The notes: generated from the sequence alone by a model not told the origin. A stretch of DNA of 64,000 nt from Ottowia sp. (GCF_035348955.1 NZ_DAOPRM010000002.1), one strand, 5' to 3'; shown: positions 1-10,686, numbered from the stretch's first letter. Program-made: numbers and translations.

Positions 1-404
1 TTGCGGACGGCTTTCCGCTGCTGCTGGCCAGCCAGGCTTCGTTGGACGAATTGAACGCCCGTTTGCCCGCCCCCGTGGGCATGGAGCGTTTTCGCCCCAA
101 CCTGGTGATCGCCGGCGTCGATGCGCAGGACGAAGACCGCCTGGCCGAACTGCGCATCACCACCGCCGAGGGCGAAACGGTGGTGCTGCGCCCTGTCAAG
201 CCGTGCCCGCGCTGCCCGATCCCCAACGTCGATCCGGCCACGGGCGAAAGCAGCCCCGAAGTGCTGGCCGCGCTGTCGGCCTACCGCGCCAATCCGGTGG
301 TGGATGGCGCCGTCACCTTCGGCATGAACTGCGTCATCGTGCAGGGCGCCGGCCACACGCTGCGCGTGGGCGACGCGGTTGCCGCCAATTGGCATTTTGA
401 TTGA
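1..404 (+). CDS. MOSC-domain protein, C-terminal part (5'-truncated by window)
   Basis: RFRPNLVI and KPCPRCPIPNVDP motifs; upstream ADGFPLLL in frame; TFGMN motif. Confidence 0.85.
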   Translation, partial: ADGFPLLLASQASLDELNARLPAPVGMERFRPNLVIAGVDAQDEDRLAELRITTAEGETVVLRPVKPCPRCPIPNVDPATGESSPEVLAALSAYRANPVVDGAVTFGMNCVIVQGAGHTLRVGDAVAANWHFD

Positions 405-405
405 C

Positions 406-469
406 GCTATTTAAAATATAGCTATACGCGCTGAACTGGCAAGCGCGCAAGGCCGATTTCATTCAAAAA
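406..469 (+). repeat. Family B fixed-spacing motif copy (intergenic)
   Basis: gctatttaaaatatagc-tatac-gcgc-tgaactggcaa-gcgc-gcaaggccgatttcattcaaaa. Confidence 0.8.
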
Positions 470-540
470 CCGGCGCCGGCGCGCCGGCGGGGCGCCGGTA
501 GAATCGACGCTTTCCCCCCGATTCCAACGAAAGCCCCGAC

Positions 541-1635
541 ATGAGCCTGCAATGCGGCATCGTGGGCCTGCCCAACGTGGGCAAGTCCACGCTTTTCAAC
601 GCGCTGACCAAAGCCGGCATCGCGGCGGAGAATTACCCCTTCTGCACGATCGAGCCCAACACCGGCGTGGTCGAGGTGCCCGATCCGCGCCTGGCCGATC
701 TGGCGGCCATCGTCAAGCCAGAGCGCGTGTTGCCCGCCATCGTCGAATTCGTCGACATCGCCGGCCTGGTGGCAGGCGCGAGCCAGGGCGAGGGGCTGGG
801 CAACCAGTTTCTGGCCCACATCCGCGAAACGGACGCCATCGTCAACGTGGTGCGCTGCTTTGAGGATCCGAACGTGATCCACGTCGCGGGCAAGGTGGAT
901 CCGATTGCCGACATCGAGGTGATCCAGACCGAGTTGTGCCTGGCCGACTTGGGCACGGTCGAAAAAGCCGTGCAGCGCTACACCAAGGCCGCCAAGTCGG
1001 GCAACGACAAGGAGGCCACGGCGATGCTGAAAGTGCTCGGCCCCGTGCAGGCGGCACTGAACGAGGCCAAGCCGGTGCGCACGCTGCAGCTCTCGAAAGA
1101 AGAGCAGGCGCTGCTGAAACCCCTGTGCCTGATCACCGCCAAGCCCGCGATGTTCGTCGGCAACGTGAGCGAGGACGGGTTCGAGAACAACCCCTTCCTG
1201 GATCGCCTGAGCGAGTACGCCGCCACGCAGAACGCCCCCGTGGTCGCCATCTGCGCCAAGATGGAAGCCGACATGGCCGAGATGAGCGACGAGGACAAGG
1301 CCATCTTCCTGGAAGAAATGGGCCAGACCGAGCCCGGCCTGAACCGCCTGATCCGCGCCGCCTTCAAGCTGCTGGGCCTGCAGACCTACTTCACCGCCGG
1401 TGTGAAGGAAGTGCGCGCCTGGACCATCCACATCGGCGACACCGCACCGCAGGCGGCCGGCGTGATCCACGGCGACTTCGAGCGCGGCTTCATCCGCGCG
1501 CAGACCATCGCCTTCGACGACTACATCCAGTTCAAGGGCGAGCAGGGCGCCAAGGACGCGGGCAAGATGCGCAGCGAGGGCAAGGAATACGTCGTCAAGG
1601 ACGGCGACGTGATGAACTTCCTGTTTAACGTTTGA
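541..1635 (+). CDS. ychF: Redox-regulated ATPase YchF (Obg family)
   Basis: [35 protein letters not shown]-terminal [12 protein letters not shown]. Confidence 0.97.
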   Translation: MSLQCGIVGLPNVGKSTLFNALTKAGIAAENYPFCTIEPNTGVVEVPDPRLADLAAIVKPERVLPAIVEFVDIAGLVAGASQGEGLGNQFLAHIRETDAIVNVVRCFEDPNVIHVAGKVDPIADIEVIQTELCLADLGTVEKAVQRYTKAAKSGNDKEATAMLKVLGPVQAALNEAKPVRTLQLSKEEQALLKPLCLITAKPAMFVGNVSEDGFENNPFLDRLSEYAATQNAPVVAICAKMEADMAEMSDEDKAIFLEEMGQTEPGLNRLIRAAFKLLGLQTYFTAGVKEVRAWTIHIGDTAPQAAGVIHGDFERGFIRAQTIAFDDYIQFKGEQGAKDAGKMRSEGKEYVVKDGDVMNFLFNV

Positions 1636-1638
1636 ACA

Positions 1639-1730
1639 CCCCCTGAGCCGCTGACGCGGCTTCCCCCTCTCCTGCGGGAGGGGGACAACGCCTGCGGCCG
1701 GCGCAGGTCCGGCCGTGGCGTTCCCGCCAT
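1639..1730 (+). repeat. Family A multi-hairpin repeat, just after ychF stop
   Basis: cccctgagccgc..gcggcttccccc..gggggacaacgcc..ggcgttcc, matches copies at 6110, 38986, 41149. Confidence 0.85.
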
Positions 1731-1776
1731 CGGTTTGCGCCCAATGGGTTGGTTCGGGTTCTCACTGCCGCTGCTG

Positions 1777-2427
1777 CTATCCGGCGCGGCGCAGCGTGAC
1801 GTTGATGCGCTGCGCGCCGGTCAGCGGGTGGTGCGCTTGCCGCAGCGGCGCGATGCCGTGAAAGCGCAATCGGTCGACGCCGCCCCACACGGCCACGTCG
1901 CCATGCAGCAGGGTCACGCGCTCGGTGCGGTCGATGCGTCGCAGGCCACCCCACAGAAACACCGCCGGCACGCCCAGCGAGACCGAGACGATAGGATGGC
2001 TGAGGTGGCGTTCGTCGCGGTCCTGGTGCAGGCCCATGCGGGCGCCGGGGGCGTAGCGGTTGATGAGGCACGCGTCGGGCGTGAAATCGGCGAACCCCGC
2101 CGCTTCAGCGGCGCCGCGCGCCAGTTCGAGCCAGGGCACGGGCAGCGCCGGCCAGGGGCGCCCGCTGTCGGGATCAAGCGGCGCATAGCGGTAGCCACGC
2201 CGGTCGCTGACCCAGCCCAGCGCGCCGCAGTTGGTCAATGCCACCGACATGCGCTGGCCGCCGGGCGTGACCATGTGGCGCAGCGGCGCCTTTGCAATGA
2301 CGGCTTGTAGCCCGGGCCACAGCGCATCCACGTGCGCTAGCGCGAACCCGCGCAGCACACGGGCGTGGGCGCCCAATGGCAGGGTGGTGCCGCATAACGC
2401 GCGGTCAGCGAACAGGTCACCCGTCAT
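1777..2427 (-). CDS. alkB: DNA oxidative demethylase AlkB
   Basis: MVTPGG..MSVA, GWVSDRRGYRY, PDACLINRY, HQDRDE, RFHG, RINVTLRRA. Confidence 0.95.
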   Translation of the reverse strand: MTGDLFADRALCGTTLPLGAHARVLRGFALAHVDALWPGLQAVIAKAPLRHMVTPGGQRMSVALTNCGALGWVSDRRGYRYAPLDPDSGRPWPALPVPWLELARGAAEAAGFADFTPDACLINRYAPGARMGLHQDRDERHLSHPIVSVSLGVPAVFLWGGLRRIDRTERVTLLHGDVAVWGGVDRLRFHGIAPLRQAHHPLTGAQRINVTLRRAG

Positions 2428-2623
2428 GCAAGCTTGAGGAGTTCATGGGCAGCGGCTCCCACGGCGTATGGTTGTAAATCAGTCGGGACAGCGCCGCGAA
2501 ATCGATGCAATGTGCATCACCAGCTGAGAGGGTGATCTTCGAGCAAAAACAGCTGCTGGCAGATGCCCGCCAGGCGCTGCATCGCCGACCAAGGCTTGCC
2601 GCGAGAGCGCTTTGGCTTGGCGG

Positions 2624-3442
2624 TCAGCGTGCGCGCACAGCGGTCGGTGCGATGCTTTGACGACTCTGAAGCGGTGCCAGCAGCAGCTGATCCAGCCGCT
2701 GGTCGCGTGCGCTGCGCGAATGGGCCAGCCCCAGTTCCATCTGCCGCTGTTGCTCGACCGGTTCCACCGCCGTCGCCGTGCCCAGCAGGCGGTCGAACCA
2801 GGGCAGCACGATGCCGTAATTGCTGTCGGTCCAGCGCTGTGCGCTGCGGTGGTGGTTGCGATGAAAGTCAGGCGTGACCAGCAGCCAGCCCAGCGCGCGC
2901 GTGAGCCTGGGGCCGAACGACAGGTTGGCGTGGGCCAACGTCGTGACCACCAGGGCGAACAAGGAATACGCCAGCACCGCCAGCGGTGGTGCACCCAGTG
3001 GCAGCAGCACGGCCAGCGAGATCAGCGCCGTCACCCCGTTTTCCAGCGGGTGGTGGCGGTGCGTGGTGGTCGCGTCCATCTCCGGGTCGGTGTGGTGCAC
3101 GGCGTGCAGGCGCCACAGCCAGGGCACGACGTGGCTGATGCGGTGCACGGCGTAACCCAGGGCGTCGAGCACGAGGAAGGTGACCGGCCAGGCCAGCCAG
3201 GCCGGCATCTCAAGCCAGTGCAGCAGTCCAAACGGAGCGCCGCGCTGCACCGACAGCAGGCCAGCCAGCGCCCAGAACAGCAGCGGCGTCAGCAGCGTGA
3301 CGGCCGTGGCCAGGGCCGCAAGCAGCAGGTTGTTGAGCCAGCGCCACGGCGCGCCGGGCGCGAGGGGGCGCAGCGGCTTTGCCGATTCAAGCGCCAGCAC
3401 GGCGACCAAGCTGGCGATCAGGACAAGCAGGTACAGCTGCAT
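2624..3442 (-). CDS. Sterol desaturase / fatty acid hydroxylase family membrane protein
   Basis: His boxes HRISH, LHAVHH, RHHPLE, HRNHH and NYG..WFDRLLGT; start at ATG 3442 (MQLYLL) assumed. Confidence 0.85.
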   Translation of the reverse strand: MQLYLLVLIASLVAVLALESAKPLRPLAPGAPWRWLNNLLLAALATAVTLLTPLLFWALAGLLSVQRGAPFGLLHWLEMPAWLAWPVTFLVLDALGYAVHRISHVVPWLWRLHAVHHTDPEMDATTTHRHHPLENGVTALISLAVLLPLGAPPLAVLAYSLFALVVTTLAHANLSFGPRLTRALGWLLVTPDFHRNHHRSAQRWTDSNYGIVLPWFDRLLGTATAVEPVEQQRQMELGLAHSRSARDQRLDQLLLAPLQSRQSIAPTAVRAR

Positions 3443-3512
3443 CAAAGGGTTGTATCGACCGCCAGCATCCGTCAGCGGCCTTGATGTCCGAGCCAACGAG
3501 ACATTGAGGAGA

Positions 3513-4052
3513 TCAATTCACGTAGTAAAAACGGACATAGCATGGGTTTCCGGGTTGGACCACCAGGCCGACCGTGCATTCCGGTGTGTCGGGCGCGGGG
3601 CTCAGGACTCCCGAACGGGGGGGATCCGGTCGGATGGCCTTGATCCGCTGCGGCACGCCCGTGGCGTTGGTGATCTTTAAGTAGTAAATTCCAGTGACGG
3701 TGCCACCGGTCGGGCTCGTCATGTTGACCGCATTTGGAATGAACTGCGCCTCTGCGCGCCGGATAAGCTCGTGCCCCGCTAGGCCGCTGGCAGCCAGCCC
3801 GCCGATCAACACCGCATGGGCCATCAAGCGCCCATTGACGCCGCGTGCACGCAGGACGCGCCAGGCCACCACGACCAGCAGCAGGCCTGTGGCGAGCAAG
3901 GTCCATTCAGACAGCGTGGGCACGCCTTGCGCCGCGGACAGCAGGGGTTCGTAGTCAACCGCGCCGCCGGGTGATCCGGCGTGCGCGGCCGTGGCCGCAG
4001 CGAAAGCCAGAAGTGACAAAAGTCCGCGAATCGAGCGCGACATTCGGATCAT
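3513..4052 (-). CDS. Exported protein with internal IPTL-CTERM-like sorting signal (midcut-by-XrtH type)
   Basis: Signal peptide ending AHA, then VPTLSEW + TM helix + RVLRAR in mid-protein; GGAGG RBS before ATG 4052. Confidence 0.75.
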   Translation of the reverse strand: MIRMSRSIRGLLSLLAFAAATAAHAGSPGGAVDYEPLLSAAQGVPTLSEWTLLATGLLLVVVAWRVLRARGVNGRLMAHAVLIGGLAASGLAGHELIRRAEAQFIPNAVNMTSPTGGTVTGIYYLKITNATGVPQRIKAIRPDPPRSGVLSPAPDTPECTVGLVVQPGNPCYVRFYYVN

Positions 4053-4228
4053 GTTTACCCTCCAATGTTTAAACAAGCCGATCCATAGGCGTTTTGGATC
4101 GTGCAGCGCGAAATACTAACGGGAAAACACAACTCGATAAAGCAATCGTTGCTGGAATCGATGGACAGTGGTTGCGTGTGTGGCGAACGCGTTCGTGCAG
4201 ACCGTCCAACGCTTCCGATGATCTTGGC

Positions 4229-4702
4229 TTAGCCCGAGGGCCAAACGAACAGCAACGCGGTCGTCATGACCACATAGCGCGCGAACTTGCCCGCAGCCAT
4301 CCACGCGGTGCAGGGCAGCAGCGGCATCTTCAGCCAGCCGGCGACGGCGCACAGCGGGTCGCCGATGACCGGCAAAAACGACAAAAAGCACGCCGGTGGC
4401 CCGATGCGCCGCAGCCAGTCGAGCGCGCGCAGGTGTGTGGGCGAGTCGCGGTACTTGTCCACCGCCTGGTGCGCGCCGTAGCCCATCCACCAGGTCACCA
4501 CGCCGCCCAGGGTGTTGCCAGCGGTGGCCACCAAGATGGCGGGCCAGAACAGGTGCAGGTTGAGCTTGATCAAGCCGAAGACCGCCGGTTCAGAGCCCAA
4601 TGGCAGGAGCGTGGCGGATACGAAGGCCACCACGAAGACCGTCGACAGGCCGAATTCCGGCAGCGCCAGCGCCGTGAGCAGTTGTTGCATCCACGCTTCC
4701 AT
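4229..4702 (-). CDS. YqaA-like DedA/VTT family membrane protein
   Basis: FVSATLLPLGSE, ATAGNTLGG, LPVIGDPLC..AGWLK, GKFARY. Confidence 0.9.
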   Translation of the reverse strand: MEAWMQQLLTALALPEFGLSTVFVVAFVSATLLPLGSEPAVFGLIKLNLHLFWPAILVATAGNTLGGVVTWWMGYGAHQAVDKYRDSPTHLRALDWLRRIGPPACFLSFLPVIGDPLCAVAGWLKMPLLPCTAWMAAGKFARYVVMTTALLFVWPSG

Positions 4703-4832
4703 CAGGCAGAGTGTAGGCAGGTGGGCGAGGGCGGCGACAGGTTTCGGTTGCTGAAATTTTGGGCAGGTAGAATGCGCTCCCCTGCCGCGTTACGGCCCTG
4801 CCGGCCACGCACACGCGCGCGCCTTGTTCATC

Positions 4833-5870
4833 ATGCAGATCGGTCCCCACAGCCTGCCCAACCGCCTGTTCGTCGCCCCGATGGCCGGGGTGACGGATCG
4901 GCCGTTTCGTCAGCTGTGCCGCGCGTTCGGCGCGGGCTACGCGGTCAGCGAAATGGTGACGTCGCGCCGGGACTTGTGGCACACCCTGAAGACCTCGCGC
5001 CGCGCCGACCACACGGGCGAGCCCGGGCCCATCGCCGTGCAGATCGCCGGCACCGACTCCGCCATGATGGCCGAGGCCGCTGCCTACAACATCGACCGTG
5101 GCGCGCAGATCATCGACATCAACATGGGCTGCCCGGCCAAGAAGGTGTGCAACAAATGGGCGGGCAGCGCGCTGATGCAGGACGAGGCGCTGGCGCTGCA
5201 GATCATCGAGGCCGTGGTGGCCGCCTGCGCGCCGCGCGGCGTGCCCGTGACGCTGAAGATGCGCACCGGCTGGTGCGCCAAGGCCCGCAACGCGGTGCCG
5301 ATCGCGCTGGCCGCCGAAAGCGCCGGCGTGCAGATGGTTACGGTGCATGGCCGCACGCGCGAACAGGGCTACAAGGGCCAGGCCGAATACGACACCATCG
5401 CCGAAGTGAAGTCGCGCCTGCGCGTGCCGGTGGTGGCCAATGGCGACATCGATTCGCCCGCCAAGGCCGAAGCGGTGCTGCGCGCCACCGGCGCCGATGC
5501 GGTGATGATCGGCCGCGCCGCGCAGGGCCGGCCGTGGATCTTTCGCGAGATCGCGCATTACCTGGCGACCGGCCAGTCGCTGGCGCCGCCGCTGGTGCTG
5601 GAAGTGCGCCGCGCGCTGCTGGATCACCTGCAGGACCACTATGCGCTGTATGGTGAATACAGTGGCGTGCGGTCGGCACGCAAGCACATTGGCTGGTACG
5701 TGCGCGACCTGCCGGGTGGCGCCGCGTTTCGTGAACGCATGAACACACTGGACGACGCCGGCTTGCAGTGGCAGGGGGTGGCCGATTATTTTGAGGAATT
5801 GGCTGACCGGCACGAGCGCCTGCCCGTGGCGCTCGTCGCCCAGCCCGAGGGAGCGGTGGAGGCCCGATGA
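4833..5870 (+). CDS. dusB: tRNA dihydrouridine synthase DusB
   Basis: APMAGVTDRPFR, DINMGCPAKKV, HGRTR, NGDI; upstream of fis. Confidence 0.95.
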   Translation: MQIGPHSLPNRLFVAPMAGVTDRPFRQLCRAFGAGYAVSEMVTSRRDLWHTLKTSRRADHTGEPGPIAVQIAGTDSAMMAEAAAYNIDRGAQIIDINMGCPAKKVCNKWAGSALMQDEALALQIIEAVVAACAPRGVPVTLKMRTGWCAKARNAVPIALAAESAGVQMVTVHGRTREQGYKGQAEYDTIAEVKSRLRVPVVANGDIDSPAKAEAVLRATGADAVMIGRAAQGRPWIFREIAHYLATGQSLAPPLVLEVRRALLDHLQDHYALYGEYSGVRSARKHIGWYVRDLPGGAAFRERMNTLDDAGLQWQGVADYFEELADRHERLPVALVAQPEGAVEAR

Positions 5871-5874
5871 CATC

Positions 5875-6108
5875 ATGAGCAAGAAGGACATCGAGGAAAG
5901 CGTTCGAGACAACCTGCAGGCCTACTTTCGCGACCTGCGCGGCACCGAGCCGGACGGGCTGTATGACATGGTGCTGCGCGTGGTCGAGCGGCCGCTGCTC
6001 GACGTGGTGATGGAACACGCAGGGCAGAACCAGTCCCGCGCGGCGGAGTGGCTGGGCATGAACCGCAACACGCTGCGCAAGAAGCTGGTCGAGCATAAGT
6101 TGTTGTGA
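5875..6108 (+). CDS. fis: Fis family DNA-binding protein
   Basis: VERPLL..VM..AGQNQSRAAEWLGMNRNTLRKKL; dusB-fis-purH synteny. Confidence 0.92.
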   Translation: MSKKDIEESVRDNLQAYFRDLRGTEPDGLYDMVLRVVERPLLDVVMEHAGQNQSRAAEWLGMNRNTLRKKLVEHKLL

Positions 6109-6109
6109 A

Positions 6110-6226
6110 CCCCCCTGAGTCGCCTGCGGCGCCTTCCCCCCTTTTGCTGCGCAAGGGGGGACAACGCCAGCGGGCGGGCCAAGCCCTTCCGCGGCGTTCG
6201 CTGGATTGGCCTGCTCCGCGGCCACC
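6110..6226 (+). repeat. Family A repeat after fis stop
   Basis: ccccctgagtcgcctgcggcgccttcccc..gggggacaacgcc..ggcgttc..ggcctgctccgcggcc. Confidence 0.85.
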
Positions 6227-6238
6227 GGTGAGGGGGAT

Positions 6239-6301
6239 GCTTTGGTTTTGATAGCTGCCGGCGCTTGTCGGGTGGGCGCTGGGGGCTTTTTCTATTTCTA
6301 A
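6239..6301 (+). repeat. Family B motif copy
   Basis: gctttggttttgatagc-tgccg-gcgc-ttgtcgggtgg-gcgc-tgggggcttttt. Confidence 0.8.
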
Positions 6302-6316
6302 CTTTGGGTTGTTTTC

Positions 6317-7948
6317 ATGAATGCACTGATTTCCGTTTCGGACAAGACGGGCGTGGCCGAGTTTGCGGCGGCGCTGGTGGGGCTGGGCTTCAACCTGCTG
6401 TCGACCGGCGGCACGGCCAAGCTGCTGCAGGAGGCGGGGCTGCCCGTGACCGAGGTGGCCGAGGTGACGCGCTTTCCGGAGATGCTGGATGGCCGCGTGA
6501 AGACGCTGCACCCGGCCGTGCACGGCGGCCTGCTGGCGCGGCGCGACCTGCCGGCGCACATGCAGGCGCTGGCCGACCACGGCATCGGCAGCATCGACCT
6601 GGTGGTGATCAACCTGTATCCGTTCGAGTCCACGGTGGCACGCAAAGGCTGCACGCTGGCCGACGCGATCGAGAACATCGACATCGGCGGGCCGGCCATG
6701 GTGCGCAGCGCGGCCAAGAACTGGCAACACGTGGCCGTGCTGACCGACGCCAGCCAATACGCGCCGGTGCTGGCCGAATTGCAGGCCCATGAGGGCAAGC
6801 TGTCCGACAAGACGCGCTTCGGGCTGGCGGTGGCGGCGTTCAACCGCATCAGCAACTACGACGCGGCCATCAGCGATTACCTTTCTGCTATTGATTTCGA
6901 AGCTGCAGGCGCAGATGGCGTGCCGGCCAGGGGCCTGTTTTCTGCACAAAGCAATGGCCGATTCGTCAAGCTGCAGGACTTGCGCTACGGCGAAAACGCC
7001 CACCAGCAGGCGGCGCTGTACCGCGACCTGTACCCGGCGCCGGGCTCCATCGTCACGGCCGAGCAGTTGCAGGGCAAGGAGCTGAGCTACAACAACATCG
7101 CCGACGCCGACGCGGCGTGGGAATGCGTCAAGCAGTTCGACACGGGACCGAACGCGACCCTGGGCGCGGCCGCGGCCTGCGTGATCGTCAAGCACGCCAA
7201 CCCGTGCGGCGTGGCGGTGGGTGCGGATGCACTGCAGGCCTACCAGAAGGCCTTCAAGACCGACCCGACCAGCGCCTTTGGCGGCATCATCGCCTTCAAC
7301 GTGCCGGTCGATGGTGCGGCGGCCGAAGCGGTGTCCAAGCAGTTCGTCGAGGTGCTGATGGCGCCCGACTTCACGCCCGAGGCGCTGGCCGTGTTGCAGG
7401 CCAAGGCCAACGTGCGCGTGCTGCGCATTCCGCTGGACGGCGTGCAGCGCGACGGAGCCACCGACTGGGCGCGTGGCCAGAACGCCATCGACGTCAAGCG
7501 CGTGGGCTCGGGCCTGTTGATGCAGACCGCCGACAACCACGAGCTGAAGCTGTCGGACCTGAAAGTGGTGACGAAGAAGGCGCCGACCGATCAACAGCTG
7601 CAGGACCTGCTGTTCGCCTGGAACGTGGCCAAGTTCGTCAAGAGCAATGCCATCGTCTTCTGCAAGGACGGCATGACGATGGGCGTGGGCGCGGGGCAGA
7701 TGAGCCGCCTGGATTCGGCGCGCATCGCCAGCATCAAGGCCGGCCACGCCGGCTTGTCGCTGCAGGGCACGGCGGTGGCGAGCGATGCGTTCTTCCCGTT
7801 CCGCGACGGGCTGGACGTGGTCATCGACCACGGCGCCACCTGCGTGATCCAGCCCGGCGGCTCGATGCGCGACCAGGAAGTGATCGACGCGGCCGACGAG
7901 CGGGGTGTGGCGATGGTGTTCTCAGGCGTGCGGCACTTCAGGCACTGA
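6317..7948 (+). CDS. purH: Bifunctional AICAR formyltransferase / IMP cyclohydrolase
   Basis: [47 protein letters not shown]. Confidence 0.97.
   Translation: MNALISVSDKTGVAEFAAALVGLGFNLLSTGGTAKLLQEAGLPVTEVAEVTRFPEMLDGRVKTLHPAVHGGLLARRDLPAHMQALADHGIGSIDLVVINLYPFESTVARKGCTLADAIENIDIGGPAMVRSAAKNWQHVAVLTDASQYAPVLAELQAHEGKLSDKTRFGLAVAAFNRISNYDAAISDYLSAIDFEAAGADGVPARGLFSAQSNGRFVKLQDLRYGENAHQQAALYRDLYPAPGSIVTAEQLQGKELSYNNIADADAAWECVKQFDTGPNATLGAAAACVIVKHANPCGVAVGADALQAYQKAFKTDPTSAFGGIIAFNVPVDGAAAEAVSKQFVEVLMAPDFTPEALAVLQAKANVRVLRIPLDGVQRDGATDWARGQNAIDVKRVGSGLLMQTADNHELKLSDLKVVTKKAPTDQQLQDLLFAWNVAKFVKSNAIVFCKDGMTMGVGAGQMSRLDSARIASIKAGHAGLSLQGTAVASDAFFPFRDGLDVVIDHGATCVIQPGGSMRDQEVIDAADERGVAMVFSGVRHFRH
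6887..6950 (+). repeat. Family B motif embedded in purH coding sequence
   Basis: gctattgatttcgaagc-tgcag-gcgc-agatggcgtgc-cggc-caggggcctgtttt; local run of AT-ending codons. Confidence 0.65.
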
Positions 7949-8025
7949 GGCCCACGGGGCCGCATGGCACACGCGCCGACCCTGTAGCTTATTGAAGCAC
8001 CGGGTGAGGGGCGCGCGTTGCGCTG

Positions 8026-8304
8026 TCAGCGCTGACAGCGCACCGGGTACAGCGTGCAGTCGACTCCGCGCGCGTCATAGTGATGCGTGGGGTTGGCCTG
8101 CCAGGGCGGACGGCGCTCCGTGGTGCCGTATTCGGTGGTTTGCAGGCTGCTCAGGTCGGCTTCGGCCGTCGTCGGGGCCGATGGGCTGGCGGACTGGCTG
8201 GTGGCGGCCTGCGCGCGCGGCGGCTTGGGCCGGGAAGTGCGGGCGTCCGCCGCCAGCGGCAGCAGAGCCAGGGCGGCGGCCAGGGTCAGGGTGAACGGGG
8301 TCAA
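8026..8304 (-). CDS. Small secreted hypothetical protein with C-terminal Cys pair
   Basis: GGAGGGA RBS + TTG; hydrophobic signal ending ADA; ends GVDCTLYPVRCQR. Confidence 0.6.
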   Translation of the reverse strand: MTPFTLTLAAALALLPLAADARTSRPKPPRAQAATSQSASPSAPTTAEADLSSLQTTEYGTTERRPPWQANPTHHYDARGVDCTLYPVRCQR

Positions 8305-8357
8305 TGGATGTTCCCTCCATAGCGCTTGACGGTTCATGCTAAACCACCCTGCGATGT

Positions 8358-9665
8358 TCAGCGCAGCGGCGCCAGCGCGTCACGGAACGCGGACAGCGTG
8401 GCGTCAATGTCGTCATCGGTATGCGCGCCGCTGACGAAGCCGGCCTCATACAGCGCGGGGGCGATGTAGATGCCGCGGTCCAGCAGGCCATGGAACAGCT
8501 GGTTGAAGCGCGTGCCGTCGGTCTTCATCACCTGCGTGTAGTTCTGCGGCAGCTCGGGCAGCAGGAAGAAGCCGAACATGCCGCCCTCGCAGTCGGCGCT
8601 GAAAGGCACGCCGGCCTGCGCGGCCTCGGCCTTCAGGCCGTCGACCAGGCGGCGCGTGCGGGCGCTCAGCGCGTCGAAGAAGCCGGGCTTTCTGATTTCG
8701 CGCAGCGTGGCCAGCCCGCACGCGGTGGCCACCGGGTTGCCCGACAAGGTGCCGGCCTGGTAGACCGGGCCGAGCGGCGCCAGTTGCTCCATCACCGCGC
8801 GCTTGCCGCCGAAGGCCGCCAGCGGCATGCCGCCGCCGATGACCTTGCCCATCACGGTGATGTCGGGCTCGAAGCCGGGGATGGCCTTGGCGTAGACGCT
8901 TTGCGCGCTGCCCAGCGCCACGCGGCAGCCGGTCATGACTTCGTCGTAGATCAGCAGCGCGCCATGCCGCGTGCACAGCTCGCGGCAGCGGCGGGTGAAT
9001 TCGACGCTGGCGCGCACGAAGTTCATGTTGCCGGCAAGCGGCTCGATGATCAGGCCGGCGATCTGGTCGCCGTGCAGCGCAAAGGCTTCTTCAAGCTGCG
9101 TGACGTTGTTGTATTCGAGCACCAGCGTGTGCTGCACCACGTCGGGCGGCACGCCGGCGCTGGTCGGGTTGCCGAAGGTGGCCAGCCCCGAGCCGGCCTT
9201 GACCAGCAGCGCGTCGGCGTGGCCGTGGTAGCAGCCCTCGAACTTGATGATCTTGGTGCGCCCGGTGGCGCCGCGCGCCAGGCGGATCGCCGTCATGCCG
9301 GCTTCGGTGCCGCTGCTGACCAGGCGCAGCATCTCCATGCTGGGTACCAGCGAGAGGATTTCCTCGGCCAGCTCAATCTCGCGCTCGGTCGGCGCGCCGT
9401 ACGAAAAGCCCTCGTTGGCGGCCTTCTGCACGGCTTCGAGCACGGCCGGGTGGCCGTGGCCCAGGATCATGGGGCCCCAGGAGCCGATGTAGTCGATGTA
9501 GCGGGTGCCATTGGCGTCCCAGAAATAGGCGCCCTGCGCACGCTGCACGAAGCGCGGCGTGCCGCCCACGGCGCGAAACGCCCGTACCGGCGAGTTGACG
9601 CCGCCAGGAATCACCTGGCGTGCGCGCGCCATCAGGGTTTCGTTCAGGTCAGTGCTTGGTTTCAT
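8358..9665 (-). CDS. hemL: Glutamate-1-semialdehyde 2,1-aminomutase
   Basis: [46 protein letters not shown]. Confidence 0.97.
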   Translation of the reverse strand: MKPSTDLNETLMARARQVIPGGVNSPVRAFRAVGGTPRFVQRAQGAYFWDANGTRYIDYIGSWGPMILGHGHPAVLEAVQKAANEGFSYGAPTEREIELAEEILSLVPSMEMLRLVSSGTEAGMTAIRLARGATGRTKIIKFEGCYHGHADALLVKAGSGLATFGNPTSAGVPPDVVQHTLVLEYNNVTQLEEAFALHGDQIAGLIIEPLAGNMNFVRASVEFTRRCRELCTRHGALLIYDEVMTGCRVALGSAQSVYAKAIPGFEPDITVMGKVIGGGMPLAAFGGKRAVMEQLAPLGPVYQAGTLSGNPVATACGLATLREIRKPGFFDALSARTRRLVDGLKAEAAQAGVPFSADCEGGMFGFFLLPELPQNYTQVMKTDGTRFNQLFHGLLDRGIYIAPALYEAGFVSGAHTDDDIDATLSAFRDALAPLR

Positions 9666-10590
9666 TGGAGGGGTGGGGAATGTCGATAAGGGTGGGTTCA
9701 CCGTCCGGCACTGCGTCGTCGTCCGGGGCGCTGTCGGCCCAGAAAAGCCGGTCGGCCACGGCGCGGCCCATGCCGGGCCGGAACCCGTGGTCCAGCGCCT
9801 GGTCGAGGTATTGCAGCGCTTCGCCGACGGCGTCGGTCAGCTCGGAGCCGGTGGCGATGAGCGCCGCCAGCGCGGCCGACAGGATATCGCCCGCGCCCAG
9901 GAAGCCGGCGTCGATGCGCTCGAAACCCTGGCTGAACAGTTCGGCCTGGGGCGACGCCAGCACGTTGCCGATCTGGTCGCCCAGCGTGGGCACGCCCGTC
10001 ACCAGCACGTAGGACACGCCTGCTTGCGAGGCGGCGCGCGCCAGATCGGTGGCGCGGGCGCGGCGGTCGGTGGCCGATTCGGGCAGCAGCCAGTGCCGCA
10101 GCGTGGTGTTGTTGCCCACCAGCACCGCCGTCTGCGGCAGCAGCAGCTCACGAAAGGCATCGAGGTAGCTGTCGATTTCCTGCTCGTCCCACCAGGACAG
10201 GTCGGGCAGATAGGCAATCAGCGGCACGGTGGGATAGTCGGCGGCGAAGGCGGCCACCTGCGATACCGCCTCGGCGCCGCCCAGAAAGCCGACCTTGATG
10301 GCATGGATGGGGATATCCTCGGCCACCGCGACCGCCTGTTCGGCCACGGCGCTGTCGTCCAGCGCCACATGACCGTGGATTTCGCGCGTGTCGCGGATGT
10401 ACACGCCCGTGACCACCGGCAGTGCATGCGCCCCGATGGACGCGATGACCGTGGCGTCGCCAGCCGCGCCGCCGGCGCCCGTGGGGTCGTTGGCGTTGAA
10501 GCTCAGCACGCAAGGCAGCGTTTCGCTTTCCGCTGACAGCTCGAGGGTGTCGCTGGAGCGCGACGGATCGGGCGCATTGCTGCGAGTCAT
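9649..10590 (-). CDS. Hydroxymethylpyrimidine/phosphomethylpyrimidine kinase-like (ThiD family)
   Basis: [27 protein letters not shown] ribokinase-type motif; hemL-thiD-rubredoxin-pilG synteny. Confidence 0.8.
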   Translation of the reverse strand: MTRSNAPDPSRSSDTLELSAESETLPCVLSFNANDPTGAGGAAGDATVIASIGAHALPVVTGVYIRDTREIHGHVALDDSAVAEQAVAVAEDIPIHAIKVGFLGGAEAVSQVAAFAADYPTVPLIAYLPDLSWWDEQEIDSYLDAFRELLLPQTAVLVGNNTTLRHWLLPESATDRRARATDLARAASQAGVSYVLVTGVPTLGDQIGNVLASPQAELFSQGFERIDAGFLGAGDILSAALAALIATGSELTDAVGEALQYLDQALDHGFRPGMGRAVADRLFWADSAPDDDAVPDGEPTLIDIPHPSNETKH

Positions 10591-10686
10591 GGGCGTGAAA
10601 CAGGCGTCGGACGCGACACGATGCCCCCTGGCCCATACCCCGCCGATACAATCATTTGCATTTTAAGTACACGCAACCTAAGCTGT

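Noticed and set aside
1639-1730. Family A as a simple rho-independent terminator or tRNA
   Set aside because: No consistent U-tract, most copies lie inside operons, and there are no tRNA T/D-loop signatures or CCA end.
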